Source of the DNA: an uncultured cyanobacterium
Lineage (GTDB): Bacteria; Cyanobacteriota; Cyanobacteriia; Cyanobacteriales; CAWUOF01
Direction of reading: 5' to 3'
DNA length: 64,000 nucleotides
Assembly: GCA_963744145.1 (NCBI GenBank)
Contig: CAVUSO010000001.1
Location: 4,160,001 to 4,224,000 of the forward strand
How positions within the stretch are numbered: position 1 is the first letter of the stretch; every line of letters begins with the position of its first letter. The translations under genes and the position numbers were made by a program. This document shows positions 17,498 through 29,099 of the stretch, piece by piece. The notes under the pieces are model-generated. The model was given only the letters and a program-made list of their open reading frames with translations. It did not search any database and was not told where the DNA came from.

Positions 17498-20422
17498 TTA
17501 ATGACCAATCAAATCAAACACGGCGTTTACTAAGGTGTCATCCTGAAAGCTAGATTTGGTTAAATAATAATTAGCTCCAGCTTCTAAACCGCGTAAGCGA
17601 TCTTCTTCACGGTCTTTGTATGAAACAATAATTACCGGAATTTGGCTTAATTTGGGATTAGTTTTAATATTGCTGGTCAGTTCAATCCCATTCATGCGGG
17701 GCATATCCACATCACTGACTACCAAATCATAGTGATTAGTGGAAATTGCGTGCCAACCTTCCATTCCATCTACCGCTACATCTACTTTGTAACCTTTATT
17801 TTCTAGTAACTTCCGTTCCATTTCGCGGACAGTAATCGAATCATCCACTACTAAAATACTCTTGCGTGGATCTAAATTCCTGATTTCCGTTTTCGTCGTG
17901 ACTAAACTTAGCTGTTTGTTATTCAGCATATTATCGACTGAACGGATTAAGTCCGAGGTATCCACAATCAGAATTGGTGAACCGTCTCCCATTAATGCAG
18001 CAGCACTAATGTCTTGGACTTTCCCCAATTTTGGATCTAATGGTCTTACCACTAAATCATGTTCACCTAAAAATCGATCTACTACTAGTCCGTAGAAGTC
18101 TGATTGTTCGCTGATTACCACCACAGATAAAAAGTCAGAAGTCGGTGGAGCTTGCTTTAATTCCAATACTTGATGAGCCGCTAATAAACCAATATTGCGA
18201 TTGTTCATTGTGAAGTATTGTCGGTTTTCTACTGAATAGATCTCCTCCAGATGGACATTGACTATTTGTTCAATCCGTGCTAAAGGAAAGGCATAAGGTT
18301 CGCCAGATATCTCCACTAACAGAGTCCTTACTACAGACAGGGTTAAGGGCAATTGAAAGTGAAATGACATTCCTTTGCCCATCTGGGAATTAGCTCTGAC
18401 CGTACCCCCAACTTCATGAGCCATGCTTTTGGCGATATCTAAACCGACACCACGACCAGAAATTTCGGTGACTTGTTTGGCTGTGGAAAATCCTGGTAAG
18501 AACAGGAATTCGAGCAGTTCGCTTTCGCTCAACTGAGCGGCAATTTCCGGGGTAGCTAAGTTTTTGTTAATGATTTTTTGCCGGAGAGCTTCAGGATTTA
18601 CTCCTCGACCATTGTCAGAAACCGTAATTGTCAGCATCCCTCCACGATGGGCTGCTTCTAATCGCACCAGTCCTTCAGCTGGTTTACCGGCGGCTAAACG
18701 TTCTTCGGGTAGTTCTAGCCCGTGATCAACTGAGTTGCGTAAAATGTGGGTGAGCGGCGCTTCGAGTTTTTTGATAATATCTCGATCGACTGGTGTAGCT
18801 TTACCCAGGATTTCAAATTTCACCTGCTTATTCAGTTTCCGAGCTAAATCCCGGATCATGCGGGGAAATCCTTGCACACCATCGGCAAAAGGTCGCATAT
18901 TCGAGGCAATTACTTCTCGGTACAATCGATCGGAAAGACTACCAGTGCGACGAGCATATAATTCGAGAGCAATCAGTCGATCGCTTAAAATCTGCCGACA
19001 TTCCCGTTCTTTCCCCCGAGCGTTTTCAATATAGTTCTCGTATTCGTGATTGGGGTGAAGTGCGATCACTTGCTGAAAATTATCTAAAATTTTCGATAAT
19101 TCCAGTTGGGTTTTTTTCAGCACTGCTAAGGAATCAGCAAAGGGCTGAAGCCAATTGGCTTCTATTAAGGATTCACCTGCTAATCCCATGATGCGATTTA
19201 AGTTTTCCGCACTCACTCGGACTACCCGATCGGCGCTAGCTGCATCTTCGGTTGCAGGTTGAGCTTTTTCGATTTGACCAGGTTTTGATTTAGTTAGGGA
19301 CTGAGTAGCTGGTTGGGCCGTCGCGATCGCTTGAGTTGTCTCTGTTTGAGTTTGGATCGCTGTTGGCCCCGCTACTACCATTTCTGGTTTTGGTGCTTTT
19401 CTCACTGGTGGTGCCGATCCTGGGGTGAGGAGGGCAGCAACTTGGTCTCTGGTACTTTCCACATCATCTCGGTTGGCCATTACCCAGCTTTGTCCATGCT
19501 GACTAATATTCAACAACAGATCGACTGCATGGAGAATAATATCAACTCCATCAGCTTCGAGAGTAATTTTTCCAGCTTGAGCTGCGACAAAGCAATCCTC
19601 CATCACATGGGCTAAATGCACTGCCGCATCTAGGGAGACAATCCGGGCTGCTCCTTTGACTGAATGGGCTGCTCGCATTAATGACTCTAGGACTTTAGGA
19701 GAACCCGGTTCACTTTCTAGAGCTAAAAGTCCGTCATTTAAAACCACTGCTTGAGCATCTACTTCTAGCCGGAATAAATCTAACATGGAGCTATCACCCA
19801 TGTTCCCACTATCCCCCGTTTCTAAAGCAGCAGAACTGGTAGTTATATTTATTTGAGGCTCAGATGGTGCGATCGTAGGAATCGGGGTGATTTCTGTGGT
19901 TGGTGGGGTTGGGGCTACAGTTGGGGTGATTACCTGTGGTGTTGATATTTCTGATTTTGAAGATAAACTGGGCACCTCTACCCTTGGCAAAGCAGTTGAC
20001 ACCGTTTCAGATGTCAGTAAGTTATTAATAGCGTTTGTAATAGTTTCGATATGCTGTTGATTTTCCCCGAGCCAGTTGGTTAAGTTTTCTTCTTCTACTC
20101 GACTAATGCTCAGGAGTAAATCCACCCCTTGCAATAGCACTTGAATGCGATTTCCATCGAGGTTAAATTTTTGCTTTTGAGCAGTTTCCAAGGACTTCTG
20201 GAGAGCCACAGTTAGCTGTACTGCGGCATCAACTTCTACTAGCCGAGCTACTCCTTCTACCATCCTAGCCGATTTCGCTAAAGACTCTAGCATTTGGGTA
20301 GTTTGGGGCTGACCTTCTAGGGCCTTAATTCCCTGGTTTAATATAGTTACTTGAGCTTCTACTTCCTGACGAAATACCTCAAGCAGACTGAATTCGGGCG
20401 GATCTTGTTTTTGTTCGCTCAT
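17498..20422 (-). CDS. Hybrid CheA-REC kinase (WspE-like)
   Basis: HPt 'AAHSVKGAARIV', 'HILRNSVDHG', 'SGRGVGLD', CheW domain, C-terminal REC 'VVDDSITVRE'. Confidence 0.93.
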   Translation of the reverse strand: MSEQKQDPPEFSLLEVFRQEVEAQVTILNQGIKALEGQPQTTQMLESLAKSARMVEGVARLVEVDAAVQLTVALQKSLETAQKQKFNLDGNRIQVLLQGVDLLLSISRVEEENLTNWLGENQQHIETITNAINNLLTSETVSTALPRVEVPSLSSKSEISTPQVITPTVAPTPPTTEITPIPTIAPSEPQINITTSSAALETGDSGNMGDSSMLDLFRLEVDAQAVVLNDGLLALESEPGSPKVLESLMRAAHSVKGAARIVSLDAAVHLAHVMEDCFVAAQAGKITLEADGVDIILHAVDLLLNISQHGQSWVMANRDDVESTRDQVAALLTPGSAPPVRKAPKPEMVVAGPTAIQTQTETTQAIATAQPATQSLTKSKPGQIEKAQPATEDAASADRVVRVSAENLNRIMGLAGESLIEANWLQPFADSLAVLKKTQLELSKILDNFQQVIALHPNHEYENYIENARGKERECRQILSDRLIALELYARRTGSLSDRLYREVIASNMRPFADGVQGFPRMIRDLARKLNKQVKFEILGKATPVDRDIIKKLEAPLTHILRNSVDHGLELPEERLAAGKPAEGLVRLEAAHRGGMLTITVSDNGRGVNPEALRQKIINKNLATPEIAAQLSESELLEFLFLPGFSTAKQVTEISGRGVGLDIAKSMAHEVGGTVRANSQMGKGMSFHFQLPLTLSVVRTLLVEISGEPYAFPLARIEQIVNVHLEEIYSVENRQYFTMNNRNIGLLAAHQVLELKQAPPTSDFLSVVVISEQSDFYGLVVDRFLGEHDLVVRPLDPKLGKVQDISAAALMGDGSPILIVDTSDLIRSVDNMLNNKQLSLVTTKTEIRNLDPRKSILVVDDSITVREMERKLLENKGYKVDVAVDGMEGWHAISTNHYDLVVSDVDMPRMNGIELTSNIKTNPKLSQIPVIIVSYKDREEDRLRGLEAGANYYLTKSSFQDDTLVNAVFDLIGH

Positions 20423-21120
20423 AATATCCTTCGGTTTAAGGTGTAAAATAGTAGATCTGAGTCTAAGTAATTTACTTTATGTCCCTGCCAGCGAAAGACA
20501 CCTTTTGTATAAGTTTCTGCCGCTTTAGCAATTACCACGGGGGTAGTTTGGAGTTCGCGTAGTTGGAAACGATGAATACCGCAGATTTCATCCACTGTAA
20601 ACACCCAGCGATTATCTTGGTTAGTCAAAACTACCATTCGTTTCGATATCACTAAACTAGTCCGATCCGCACTAGGTGCATGATCCAGATCGAGGAGATT
20701 ACCCAAAGAAATACACATCAGAATTTCTCCCCGAATGTTGACCAAACCCATAAATAAGTCGTTACTACGATGGGGTAGAGTATGAATTACACAGGGATCG
20801 GTGACTTCCTGAAGTAACCCGACTGGCACCGCTAACCATTCTCCACCCAGTAGAAATATCATAGCTGATATGGTTTCTCCCGAAGCGACTAAAGCCCCAC
20901 TAATTTGGGATTGCACATCATCGGGTGTATTTTTCGCCAGAATCTCTGTCCACTGCTTTAAATAATCTACTGGTGGTTCCCTTTCTAATAAACTACGTCC
21001 CACCGTCGAATAAACGGGACAGTTCCGACAGTGAGTTACTTTTTTCAGCTCTGGACAGGAGCGATCGCCCTCTACTCCGATCTGTTTCCAACAATCATTA
21101 CTCATAATTTTTATTGCCAA
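20419..21120 (-). CDS. CheW-like protein (WspD-like)
   Basis: N-terminal 'CWKQIGVEGDRSC..HCRNCPVY' Cys motif typical of WspD, followed by CheW fold 'GLVNIRGEI'. Confidence 0.88.
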   Translation of the reverse strand: MAIKIMSNDCWKQIGVEGDRSCPELKKVTHCRNCPVYSTVGRSLLEREPPVDYLKQWTEILAKNTPDDVQSQISGALVASGETISAMIFLLGGEWLAVPVGLLQEVTDPCVIHTLPHRSNDLFMGLVNIRGEILMCISLGNLLDLDHAPSADRTSLVISKRMVVLTNQDNRWVFTVDEICGIHRFQLRELQTTPVVIAKAAETYTKGVFRWQGHKVNYLDSDLLFYTLNRRIL

Positions 21121-21186
21121 TTACTTGAATATAGGTCTTCAGCAACAGTATAACTAGAGATGTGCTACTAGGTTCGATCAGACCTC

Positions 21187-22596
21187 CTAACTATCCAATT
21201 GTCGTAGGGATAAATTAATCTCTCGCAAAGACTGGGAAGTTTGCAATGAAACTTCAGTTAATTGAGCCATTGCCTCACTGATTTGTTCAGCTCCTTGAGC
21301 TTGTCCTTCCATATTGTTACTCACCTGTTCAAAACGAGGAGTTAGAGTTTGTACTTGCCCAATAATCGCCTCTAATTTCATCCCGATCTTGCGAACATCC
21401 TCTACTCCAACTTCTACATTTTTGGTAAATTTATCCATTTCCATTACCCCTGTCGAAACTGAACCTTGCATTTCTTTTACCATATTTTCAATATCTAAAG
21501 TTGCCACAGCTGTTTGGTCAGCAAGACGGCGAATTTCCCGGGCAACTACTGCAAAACCTGCGCCGTATTGTCCAGCTTTTTCAGCTTCAATAGCGGCATT
21601 AAGTGATAGCAAATTTGTTTGATCTGCGACTTTAGTAATCGTAGTTATAATACTACTAATTCGGCTAGCTTTTTCACTAATCGTTCCTAATTTTGCGGAA
21701 ATGCTACTAGTAGCAATTGCTAACATTTGCATGGTCTTTTCCATTTGGATCAAGTCATTTTGACTATCTCCTGCTGCATTAGCAGTGACTTGGGATGTTT
21801 GTTTTACCTCCTCGATTGTGTTCATTAAGTATTTGGAATTTGCGGCAATCTCTTTCGAGGTAACAGCCACCTCATTAGTCGAGGATACCTGTTCGGTCAT
21901 CGTCACCTCAAGTTCTTTGCCAGCCTCAGCTATGTTGATAAATAAATTTAAGCTTTTTACTAGGTTGGATAGCAAATATGCCTCCACTAATGCCAGCGCG
22001 GTTAACGCGAGTGAGCTGAAATTTATTAACCTAATTGACCCTTGGGTTTCCTCATTCAGTGTTCTCAATAAACCTTGCTCAATTTGGTTAAATTCTTGAT
22101 TGGTTATCTCGAATTTTCCTAAATTATTTTTGGATTCTTTTAGGTAGGTATTTATGGCCTCTTTTAGTTTACCTTCATCTCTCAAATGAAAAGTTCTTTG
22201 CGCGAGTTCTTCAAATTGATTTTCCAAGTCTACCAGATTACTAAATTTTTCTTTTTCGGCAAAATCGGGATCTTTTTTAATCAGAGTTTCTAACTCTTTC
22301 TTAGCGTCTAAATAATTATTTCTTTCCTTTTCATAACGTTGGAAATCCCCATCATCATTACCCACAAGTAGATAGCCCCGAACTTGCCTACCCATGAATG
22401 CCACTCTCAAAAGCATATTATTTGCTGCTAGAGTCGTATCCTGGGTTATTCTGGTTTTCTCATTAAGTTGGAGTGAGTGGGAAGAACTTAGATATACTAT
22501 TCCATTTCCCATAATCAATAATAGGAATATTATTGCCGGAATCAAATGATTCAAGAAGATGCGCTTGCGGATGTTCATTTTGTTCATTTTGTTCAT
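21187..22596 (-). CDS. Methyl-accepting chemotaxis protein with CHASE3-like sensor; HAMP missing, C-terminus shortened
   Basis: 'RQVRGYLLVG' CHASE3-like motif, MCP tip '[17 protein letters not shown]'; alternative ATGs at 22596/22587/22578. Confidence 0.75.
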   Translation of the reverse strand: MNKMNKMNIRKRIFLNHLIPAIIFLLLIMGNGIVYLSSSHSLQLNEKTRITQDTTLAANNMLLRVAFMGRQVRGYLLVGNDDGDFQRYEKERNNYLDAKKELETLIKKDPDFAEKEKFSNLVDLENQFEELAQRTFHLRDEGKLKEAINTYLKESKNNLGKFEITNQEFNQIEQGLLRTLNEETQGSIRLINFSSLALTALALVEAYLLSNLVKSLNLFINIAEAGKELEVTMTEQVSSTNEVAVTSKEIAANSKYLMNTIEEVKQTSQVTANAAGDSQNDLIQMEKTMQMLAIATSSISAKLGTISEKASRISSIITTITKVADQTNLLSLNAAIEAEKAGQYGAGFAVVAREIRRLADQTAVATLDIENMVKEMQGSVSTGVMEMDKFTKNVEVGVEDVRKIGMKLEAIIGQVQTLTPRFEQVSNNMEGQAQGAEQISEAMAQLTEVSLQTSQSLREINLSLRQLDS

Positions 22597-22669
22597 TTTG
22601 TCAAAGATAATAATTTTTCTCGGCATCGTAATGGGATAAAATATCTCAATTTCGATTAACTTTTTGAAG

Positions 22670-24421
22670 TTATGCAGTAGCAATTTTAAATTGGGCAATG
22701 GACTGACGTAGCGCTTGCGCTGCATCATTTAATTGGTTAATGGCACTATTAATTTCCCGCAATGATTGCGCGGTCTGTGCTGATGATTCACTCAATTGCA
22801 CCATCGCTTCACTAATTTGACCTGCTCCCTGGGATTGGGATTCCATACTATTACTTACCTCCGCAAATCGGGGAGTGAGGTTTTGCACTTGTTCAATAAT
22901 TGATTCTAATTTATGGCTAATTTTCCCCACATCCTCTACCCCCTGTTCCACTTCTTTGCTAAATTTATCCATCTCCATCACCCCCGTGGACACTGCCCCT
23001 TGCATCTCTCTCACCATATTTTCAATATCTAAGGTGGCTACTGCTGTCTGATCCGCTAACCGTCTGATCTCCCGCGCTACTACCGCAAAACCTGTCCCAT
23101 ATTCCCCCGCTTTCTCCGCTTCGATCGCTGCGTTCAAGGATAGTAAGTTAGTTTGATCGGCGACTTTAGTAATCGTAGTTACAATACTATTAATACTATT
23201 GGCTTTATCACTAATCACACCTAATTTCGCGGCAATACTACTAGTTGCACCCACTAAATTCTGCATGGTTGATTCCATATGCAATAGGTCTTTTTGACTA
23301 TCCCCAGCCGCAGTTCCTGTGGTTTTTGATGCTTGTTCTACTCCTCCAATGATCTTGGTTAAATGTTGGGAATTAGTCGCGATTTCCCGAGCTGTTGCTG
23401 CTACTTGATTGGTGGATGCTACTTGTTGGGCCATGGTCGCTTCTAATTCCTTACCCGAAGCCGAGATTTGAGTACCAGAGGTGGTAATTTGCAGCGCTGA
23501 TTGTTGGACTTGACGGACTAAATTATTCAGATTTTGAGTCATGGTTCGGAATGCTACCATTAATCGACCCACCTCATCTCGGTCTTCTGTAGTCTCTACA
23601 TTCGTCGTTAAATCCCCGAGAGAAACTTTTTCCGCTACTCCCACCACTCCCGCAATTTTCGCACCCATGGGTTTGGCGATCGTATTACTGAAATAAACTC
23701 CAAAAACTCCTGCTAATAATGGACCAATAATTAATCCCATCCAGATCCAGAAGCTCGTTCTCGATACATCGACTTCTGCTGCTTGTTTAGCACCTTCTGC
23801 TAATTTTCTGTTATATGATAATAGGTCTTGGATCGCATTTGATGCTGATTCATAAGCTGGTTCTAATGTGCTAAAGACGTAATCATTCATATCTGTCAAA
23901 ACCTGAGCTGCTGATTCAGCGGCAATATATTCAGGTGTATTATTTTTTCCCTGTTTTAACAAGTCAGCTTGAACTTTTTTGGGATTAGCAACACCGTATC
24001 TTAAGAATTTATTGTGCATCTCCATATAAGCTTGGTTGGTTGATTGCCATTTATCCAATTCGTTCAAAACTTTTTTGTAAATTTTATCTTCATCATCATC
24101 GTGTCGGAGCTTGTCGTAAATAGCAAATCCTTCTTTAATATTTTTCTGGGCAGTTTCTGTATTTGTGATCACTTTTTGTCTTTGTTCGTTAGTTAATGCT
24201 GTAATTACTAGGGATTGCTCTGAACCATAAAGTTTAGTAACTCCTTCCTTTACTTGCCCGATATTATCTATGCTAGGCAAAGCATTTTCAGCAAAGGTAT
24301 CAACATCATTTTTTAGACTATTATTCCCATTCCAGCCGATTAAACCCACTATTAAAACAATGAAACCTATCACTAGAAATCCTGAGATCAATTTGGTTTG
24401 CAATGACTGGTTTTTTAGCAT
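22670..24421 (-). CDS. Methyl-accepting chemotaxis protein (WspA-like; 4HB sensor-HAMP-MA)
   Basis: MLKNQSLQ start shared with paralogues; TM1, 'ALPSI' 4HB, TM2, HAMP 'DEVGRL', MCP tip. Confidence 0.92.
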   Translation of the reverse strand: MLKNQSLQTKLISGFLVIGFIVLIVGLIGWNGNNSLKNDVDTFAENALPSIDNIGQVKEGVTKLYGSEQSLVITALTNEQRQKVITNTETAQKNIKEGFAIYDKLRHDDDEDKIYKKVLNELDKWQSTNQAYMEMHNKFLRYGVANPKKVQADLLKQGKNNTPEYIAAESAAQVLTDMNDYVFSTLEPAYESASNAIQDLLSYNRKLAEGAKQAAEVDVSRTSFWIWMGLIIGPLLAGVFGVYFSNTIAKPMGAKIAGVVGVAEKVSLGDLTTNVETTEDRDEVGRLMVAFRTMTQNLNNLVRQVQQSALQITTSGTQISASGKELEATMAQQVASTNQVAATAREIATNSQHLTKIIGGVEQASKTTGTAAGDSQKDLLHMESTMQNLVGATSSIAAKLGVISDKANSINSIVTTITKVADQTNLLSLNAAIEAEKAGEYGTGFAVVAREIRRLADQTAVATLDIENMVREMQGAVSTGVMEMDKFSKEVEQGVEDVGKISHKLESIIEQVQNLTPRFAEVSNSMESQSQGAGQISEAMVQLSESSAQTAQSLREINSAINQLNDAAQALRQSIAQFKIATA

Positions 24422-24702
24422 GATTATGTCCTTATTTACTAGTTTTTGAATTATCTCCATCAGGAAAATTAAAAATTTTCATGAGTAACACTCTGACTAA
24501 TTAAGCTTGTTTTTGAGTCAATATTGAATGATGATTGACCATAATTTTATGGTACAGATGTATCTGGTGATTTTATCATATATTAGTAACCCTATATGAA
24601 CTAAATTAAATCATCACAAATAAACGGGTTAGGTGAGCACCCGGACTGATCTGAAAAATTTTTGATGATGAGACTAGGCGATCGTCATCACCAGCGTACT
24701 AG

Positions 24703-26454
24703 TTAGGGATTAGCAACTTTAAACCGAGAAATTTCCTGATGCAACCCTTGCGCTGTGTCATTTAATTCGTTAATTCCATCATTAATTGCACGTAATGACT
24801 GAGCTGTTTGGGCTGACAATTCACTCAACTGTACCATGGCATCACTAATTTGACCAGCACCCTGGGATTGGGATTCCATACTATTACTGACCTCAGTAAA
24901 TCGGGGAGTGAGGTTTTGCACCTGTTCAATAATTGACTCTAATTTGATCCTGATTTGACCGACATCCGTAACTCCCTGATCAACTACTTGAGTAAACTTC
25001 TCCATTTCGATCACTCCTGTGGAAACTGCCCCTTGCATTGCTGTTACCATATTTTCAATATCTAAAGTGGTCACTGCTGTCTGATCGGCTAAACGACGAA
25101 TTTCTCTCGCTACTACCGCAAAACCTGTCCCATATTCCCCCGCTTTTTCCGCTTCGATCGCTGCATTTAATGACAGTAAATTAGTTTGATCTGCCACTTT
25201 AGTGATGGTAATAATGATACTATTAATAGTATTAGCTTTTTCACTAATCACTTCCAGTTTAGCCGCAATACTATTGGTGGCACTAACTAAATTCCGCATA
25301 GTTATTTCCATCTGTAATAAGTCTTTTTGACTATCGGTTGCTGCGGTTCCTGTTACTTTTGATGTTTGTTCTACTTCATCAATAGTTTTGACTAAATTTT
25401 GGGAATTAGTGGCAATTTCTCTGGCTGTCGCTGTGACCTGATTCGTCGATGCTACCTGTTGGAGCATGGTGGTTTCTAATTGTTGACCTGAAGTCGAAAT
25501 GTGAATTGTTGATGTGGTAATTTGCCTAGCTGATTGCTGCACTTGACGGACTAAGGTATTCAAGTTTTCGGTCATAGTGCGGAAAGCTACCATTAATCTT
25601 CCTATCTCATCTCCTGCTTCGGTAATTTCTACTTGAGTCGTCAGATCTCCCGTCGAAACTTTTTCAGCAACTCCCACCACTCGGGAAATCTTCTTACCCA
25701 TTGGTTTAGCGATCGTATTACTAAAATAAACTCCAAAAACGCCAGCGATCGTTGGACCAAGAATTAATCCCATCAGCATGAAAAATGTAGTTTGAGATCC
25801 TTGAGCTTGGGCAGCCTGTTGAGCAGTTTCTGATAAGTTTTTGTTGTATGATAATAGTTCATCTAATGCGATCGCTGCTGTTTCATAAGTCGGCTCTAAT
25901 TTCTTAAATGCGTAATCATTCATGTCGTTGAGTAACTGTGATGCAGCTTCAGCAATTATATATTCAGGTGTATTACTTTTTCCTTGTTTTAACAGATCAG
26001 CCTGAATTTGGTTCGGATTAACTAAATCGTACCTGAGAAATTTGTTATGAAACTCCGTATACTCTTGACTGACAGCTTTCCACTTACTCCACACCAGCAA
26101 AAATTTTTGGTAAATTTTATCTTCATCTAGTTCTCTTGGGAGTTGTTCATAGGTATAAAATCCTTCCCCAATTTTTTTCCAAGCAGTCAGAATGTCGCTC
26201 GCACGTTTTTGTCTCTGCTCCCTAGTTAAAGCAGTAATAATTAGTGCTTGTTCTGAACCATAAACTTGAGTATTTCCTTCCTTAATTGTCCATAAAGCAT
26301 CTAGACTAGGAAAAGTGTTATTTGCAAAAGTATTAATATGGGTTTGGAGGTTAACATTGCCATTCCAGCCCATCAAAGCCACAATTAAGACCAATACACC
26401 TATGAATAAGAAACCCGAAATTAGCCGTGATTGCAGTGATTGGTTTTTCAGCAT
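24703..26454 (-). CDS. Methyl-accepting chemotaxis protein (WspA-like)
   Basis: Same architecture as neighbours. Confidence 0.92.
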   Translation of the reverse strand: MLKNQSLQSRLISGFLFIGVLVLIVALMGWNGNVNLQTHINTFANNTFPSLDALWTIKEGNTQVYGSEQALIITALTREQRQKRASDILTAWKKIGEGFYTYEQLPRELDEDKIYQKFLLVWSKWKAVSQEYTEFHNKFLRYDLVNPNQIQADLLKQGKSNTPEYIIAEAASQLLNDMNDYAFKKLEPTYETAAIALDELLSYNKNLSETAQQAAQAQGSQTTFFMLMGLILGPTIAGVFGVYFSNTIAKPMGKKISRVVGVAEKVSTGDLTTQVEITEAGDEIGRLMVAFRTMTENLNTLVRQVQQSARQITTSTIHISTSGQQLETTMLQQVASTNQVTATAREIATNSQNLVKTIDEVEQTSKVTGTAATDSQKDLLQMEITMRNLVSATNSIAAKLEVISEKANTINSIIITITKVADQTNLLSLNAAIEAEKAGEYGTGFAVVAREIRRLADQTAVTTLDIENMVTAMQGAVSTGVIEMEKFTQVVDQGVTDVGQIRIKLESIIEQVQNLTPRFTEVSNSMESQSQGAGQISDAMVQLSELSAQTAQSLRAINDGINELNDTAQGLHQEISRFKVANP

Positions 26455-26667
26455 ATTTTTTTGGTGATCAATCTAGATCAGAGCGTATTTAAAAATTTTA
26501 GTAGTTTATCGTAGTTTTATTGATCATATCTAGCTATGCCTCTCCTCATCTTAGTAGAATAATAAAAAGCCTCTGGGCTAAGAGGCTGAGAGATTTTAAC
26601 CCAAACAATTTCCAATTTTTTAACTCATTGGTTTGATTGGGAAGCTATCATTATTTAGTCTTTTTGC

Positions 26668-28419
26668 TCAAGTCTTCCCAATTTTAAACTGAGCAACTGA
26701 CTGACGTAACGCTTGGGCTGCATCATTTAATTGGTTAATGGCACTATTAATTTCCCGCAATGATTGCGCGGTCTGTGCTGATGATTCACTCAATTGCACC
26801 ATCGCTTCACTAATTTGACCAGCTCCCTGGGACTGGGATTCCATACTATTGCTTACTTCCGCAAATCGGGGAGTGAGGTTTTGCACTTGTTCAATAATTG
26901 ATTCTAATTTATGGCTAATTTTCCCCACATCCTCTACCCCCTGTTCCACTTCTTTGCTAAATTTATCCATCTCCATCACCCCCGTGGACACTGCCCCTTG
27001 CATCTCTCTCACCATATTTTCAATATCTAAGGTGGCTACTGCTGTCTGATCCGCTAACCGTCTGATCTCCCGCGCTACTACGGCAAAACCTGTCCCATAT
27101 TCCCCCGCTTTCTCCGCTTCGATCGCTGCGTTCAAGGATAGTAAGTTAGTTTGATCGGCGACTTTAGTAATCGTAGTTACAATACTATTAATACTATTGG
27201 CTTTATCACTAATCACACCTAATTTCGCGGCAATACTACTAGTTGCACCCACTAAATTCTGCATGGTTGCTTCCATATGCAATAGGTCTTTTTGACTATC
27301 CCCAGCCGCAGTTCCTGTGGTTTTCGATGCTTGTTCTACTCCTCCAATGATCTTGGTTAAATGTTGGGAATTAGTCGCGATTTCCCGAGCTGTTGCTGCT
27401 ACTTGATTGGTGGATGCTACTTGCTGGGCCATGGTCGCTTCTAATTCCTTACCCGAAGCCGAGATTTGAGTACCAGAGATGGTAATTTGCAGCACTGATT
27501 GTTGGACTTGACGGACTAAATTATTCAGATTTTGAGTCATGGTTCGGAATGCTACCATTAATCGACCCACCTCATCTCGGTCTTCTGTTGTCTCTACATT
27601 CGTCGTTAAATCCCCGAGAGAAACTTTTTCCGCTACTCCCACCACTCCCGCAATTTTCGCACCTATGGGTTTAGCGATCGTATTACTGAAATAAACTCCA
27701 AAAACTCCTGCTAATAATGGACCAATAATTAATCCCATCCAGATCCAGAAGCTCGTTTTCGATACATCGACTTCTGCTGCTTGTTTAGCAATTTCCCCCA
27801 CATTTCTGTTGTGTGATAGTAAGTCTTGCAAAGTCTGATCAGCTGGTTCAAATGCTGGTTGTAATTTGGCAAATACGTAATCATTCATATCCGTGAGTGT
27901 CTGGAATGCTGCTTCGGCGTTTAAATATTCAGGAGTATTATTTTTTCCTTGTTTCAATAAATCAGCCTGTACTTGTCTCGGATCAACAATGTTATATCTG
28001 AGAAATTTGTCATGGAGTTTCAGGTAGTCTTGACTAGCTATTTTCCACTTATCCCATACCTCCGAAAAGTTTTTATAAATTTTCTCTTCATCCGAGTCTT
28101 GAGGGAGCTTTTGGTAAATCTCCAATCCTTCCCCGATCGCTTTCCAGGAATTCTGAATATCGGTGGTAATTTTTTGTCTCTGCTGGTTAGTTAGTGCTGT
28201 AATAATTAGTGCTTGTTCTGAACCATAAATCTTAGTATTTTCTTTGTTTATTTTCCACAAACTGTCTACACTAGGTAAAGCATCTCCAGCAAACTCATCA
28301 ATGTGATTTTTGAGCCGGTTATTACCATCCCAGCCAATTAATCCCACTATTAAAACTAAAATCCCAATAATCAGAAAGCCGACCAGTAACCGCGATTGCA
28401 ATGATTGTTTTTTTAGCAT
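26668..28419 (-). CDS. Methyl-accepting chemotaxis protein (WspA-like)
   Basis: Same architecture; 3' part near-identical to 22670-24421 gene. Confidence 0.92.
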   Translation of the reverse strand: MLKKQSLQSRLLVGFLIIGILVLIVGLIGWDGNNRLKNHIDEFAGDALPSVDSLWKINKENTKIYGSEQALIITALTNQQRQKITTDIQNSWKAIGEGLEIYQKLPQDSDEEKIYKNFSEVWDKWKIASQDYLKLHDKFLRYNIVDPRQVQADLLKQGKNNTPEYLNAEAAFQTLTDMNDYVFAKLQPAFEPADQTLQDLLSHNRNVGEIAKQAAEVDVSKTSFWIWMGLIIGPLLAGVFGVYFSNTIAKPIGAKIAGVVGVAEKVSLGDLTTNVETTEDRDEVGRLMVAFRTMTQNLNNLVRQVQQSVLQITISGTQISASGKELEATMAQQVASTNQVAATAREIATNSQHLTKIIGGVEQASKTTGTAAGDSQKDLLHMEATMQNLVGATSSIAAKLGVISDKANSINSIVTTITKVADQTNLLSLNAAIEAEKAGEYGTGFAVVAREIRRLADQTAVATLDIENMVREMQGAVSTGVMEMDKFSKEVEQGVEDVGKISHKLESIIEQVQNLTPRFAEVSNSMESQSQGAGQISEAMVQLSESSAQTAQSLREINSAINQLNDAAQALRQSVAQFKIGKT

Positions 28420-28568
28420 GATAGTTGGTATTAATCAAAAATTAAAAGCTCCCTAAAAAATTAACTAAAGTAGATCTTGCTAGGCTCGATTGTTTTAGCA
28501 ATTTTTCCAGCTAGAAGTATACTCTAGTTATTAGCCGAAATCCAAAAATATTGACCATTAAATTAATG

Positions 28569-29066
28569 TTATTTTTCCCTAGATTCTAAATTACTATCTA
28601 GGTTAGGGTGATGCTTGTCTGTTAGTAAAGATTGGTCTTGGGAGTCGGACAGCAAATATTCCAACCTAATTCGTTGGATCATCCCTTTATCGTCCATAAT
28701 CATTTCTCCTAAATAACTAGGTCCTTGTTCAATTGGTGTTGCTAGATCTACTAAATCACTATCTGGCTTATTTAAAGTTTCTGTGATTCGTTCTGCCATC
28801 AATCCCACACAGCGTTTAGTGTTATCTTTGCCTAGATAGTTCACCATAATGATCCTTGTACTTAAGTAGGAGCGACTAGGTTGACCTTGGATTAAATAGC
28901 AAAGATCAATCACTGGGACAATTACTGAACGATATTTAAACACACCAGCCACATAATCTGGAGACTGGGGAGTTTTTCTGAGAATCACCCTGGGAATTAC
29001 TTCAACTACATGGGAACTATCCAGCGCATATAGGTTTTCTCCTACATAAAACAGTAGCATTAACAT
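28569..29066 (-). CDS. CheW-like protein (WspB-like)
   Basis: 'LLFYVGENLYAL', 'VAGVFKYRSVIVPVIDL', 'STRIIMV', 'GLMAERITE'. Confidence 0.9.
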   Translation of the reverse strand: MLMLLFYVGENLYALDSSHVVEVIPRVILRKTPQSPDYVAGVFKYRSVIVPVIDLCYLIQGQPSRSYLSTRIIMVNYLGKDNTKRCVGLMAERITETLNKPDSDLVDLATPIEQGPSYLGEMIMDDKGMIQRIRLEYLLSDSQDQSLLTDKHHPNLDSNLESREK

Positions 29067-29099
29067 GGCTGACCTCTACTCATTTTGGTAACAATAAAA

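Noticed and set aside
22597..22728. N-terminal extension of the 513-aa MCP ORF overlapping the upstream MCP
   Set aside because: Overlaps the previous gene's 3' end; TM1 position favours a start at 22596-22578
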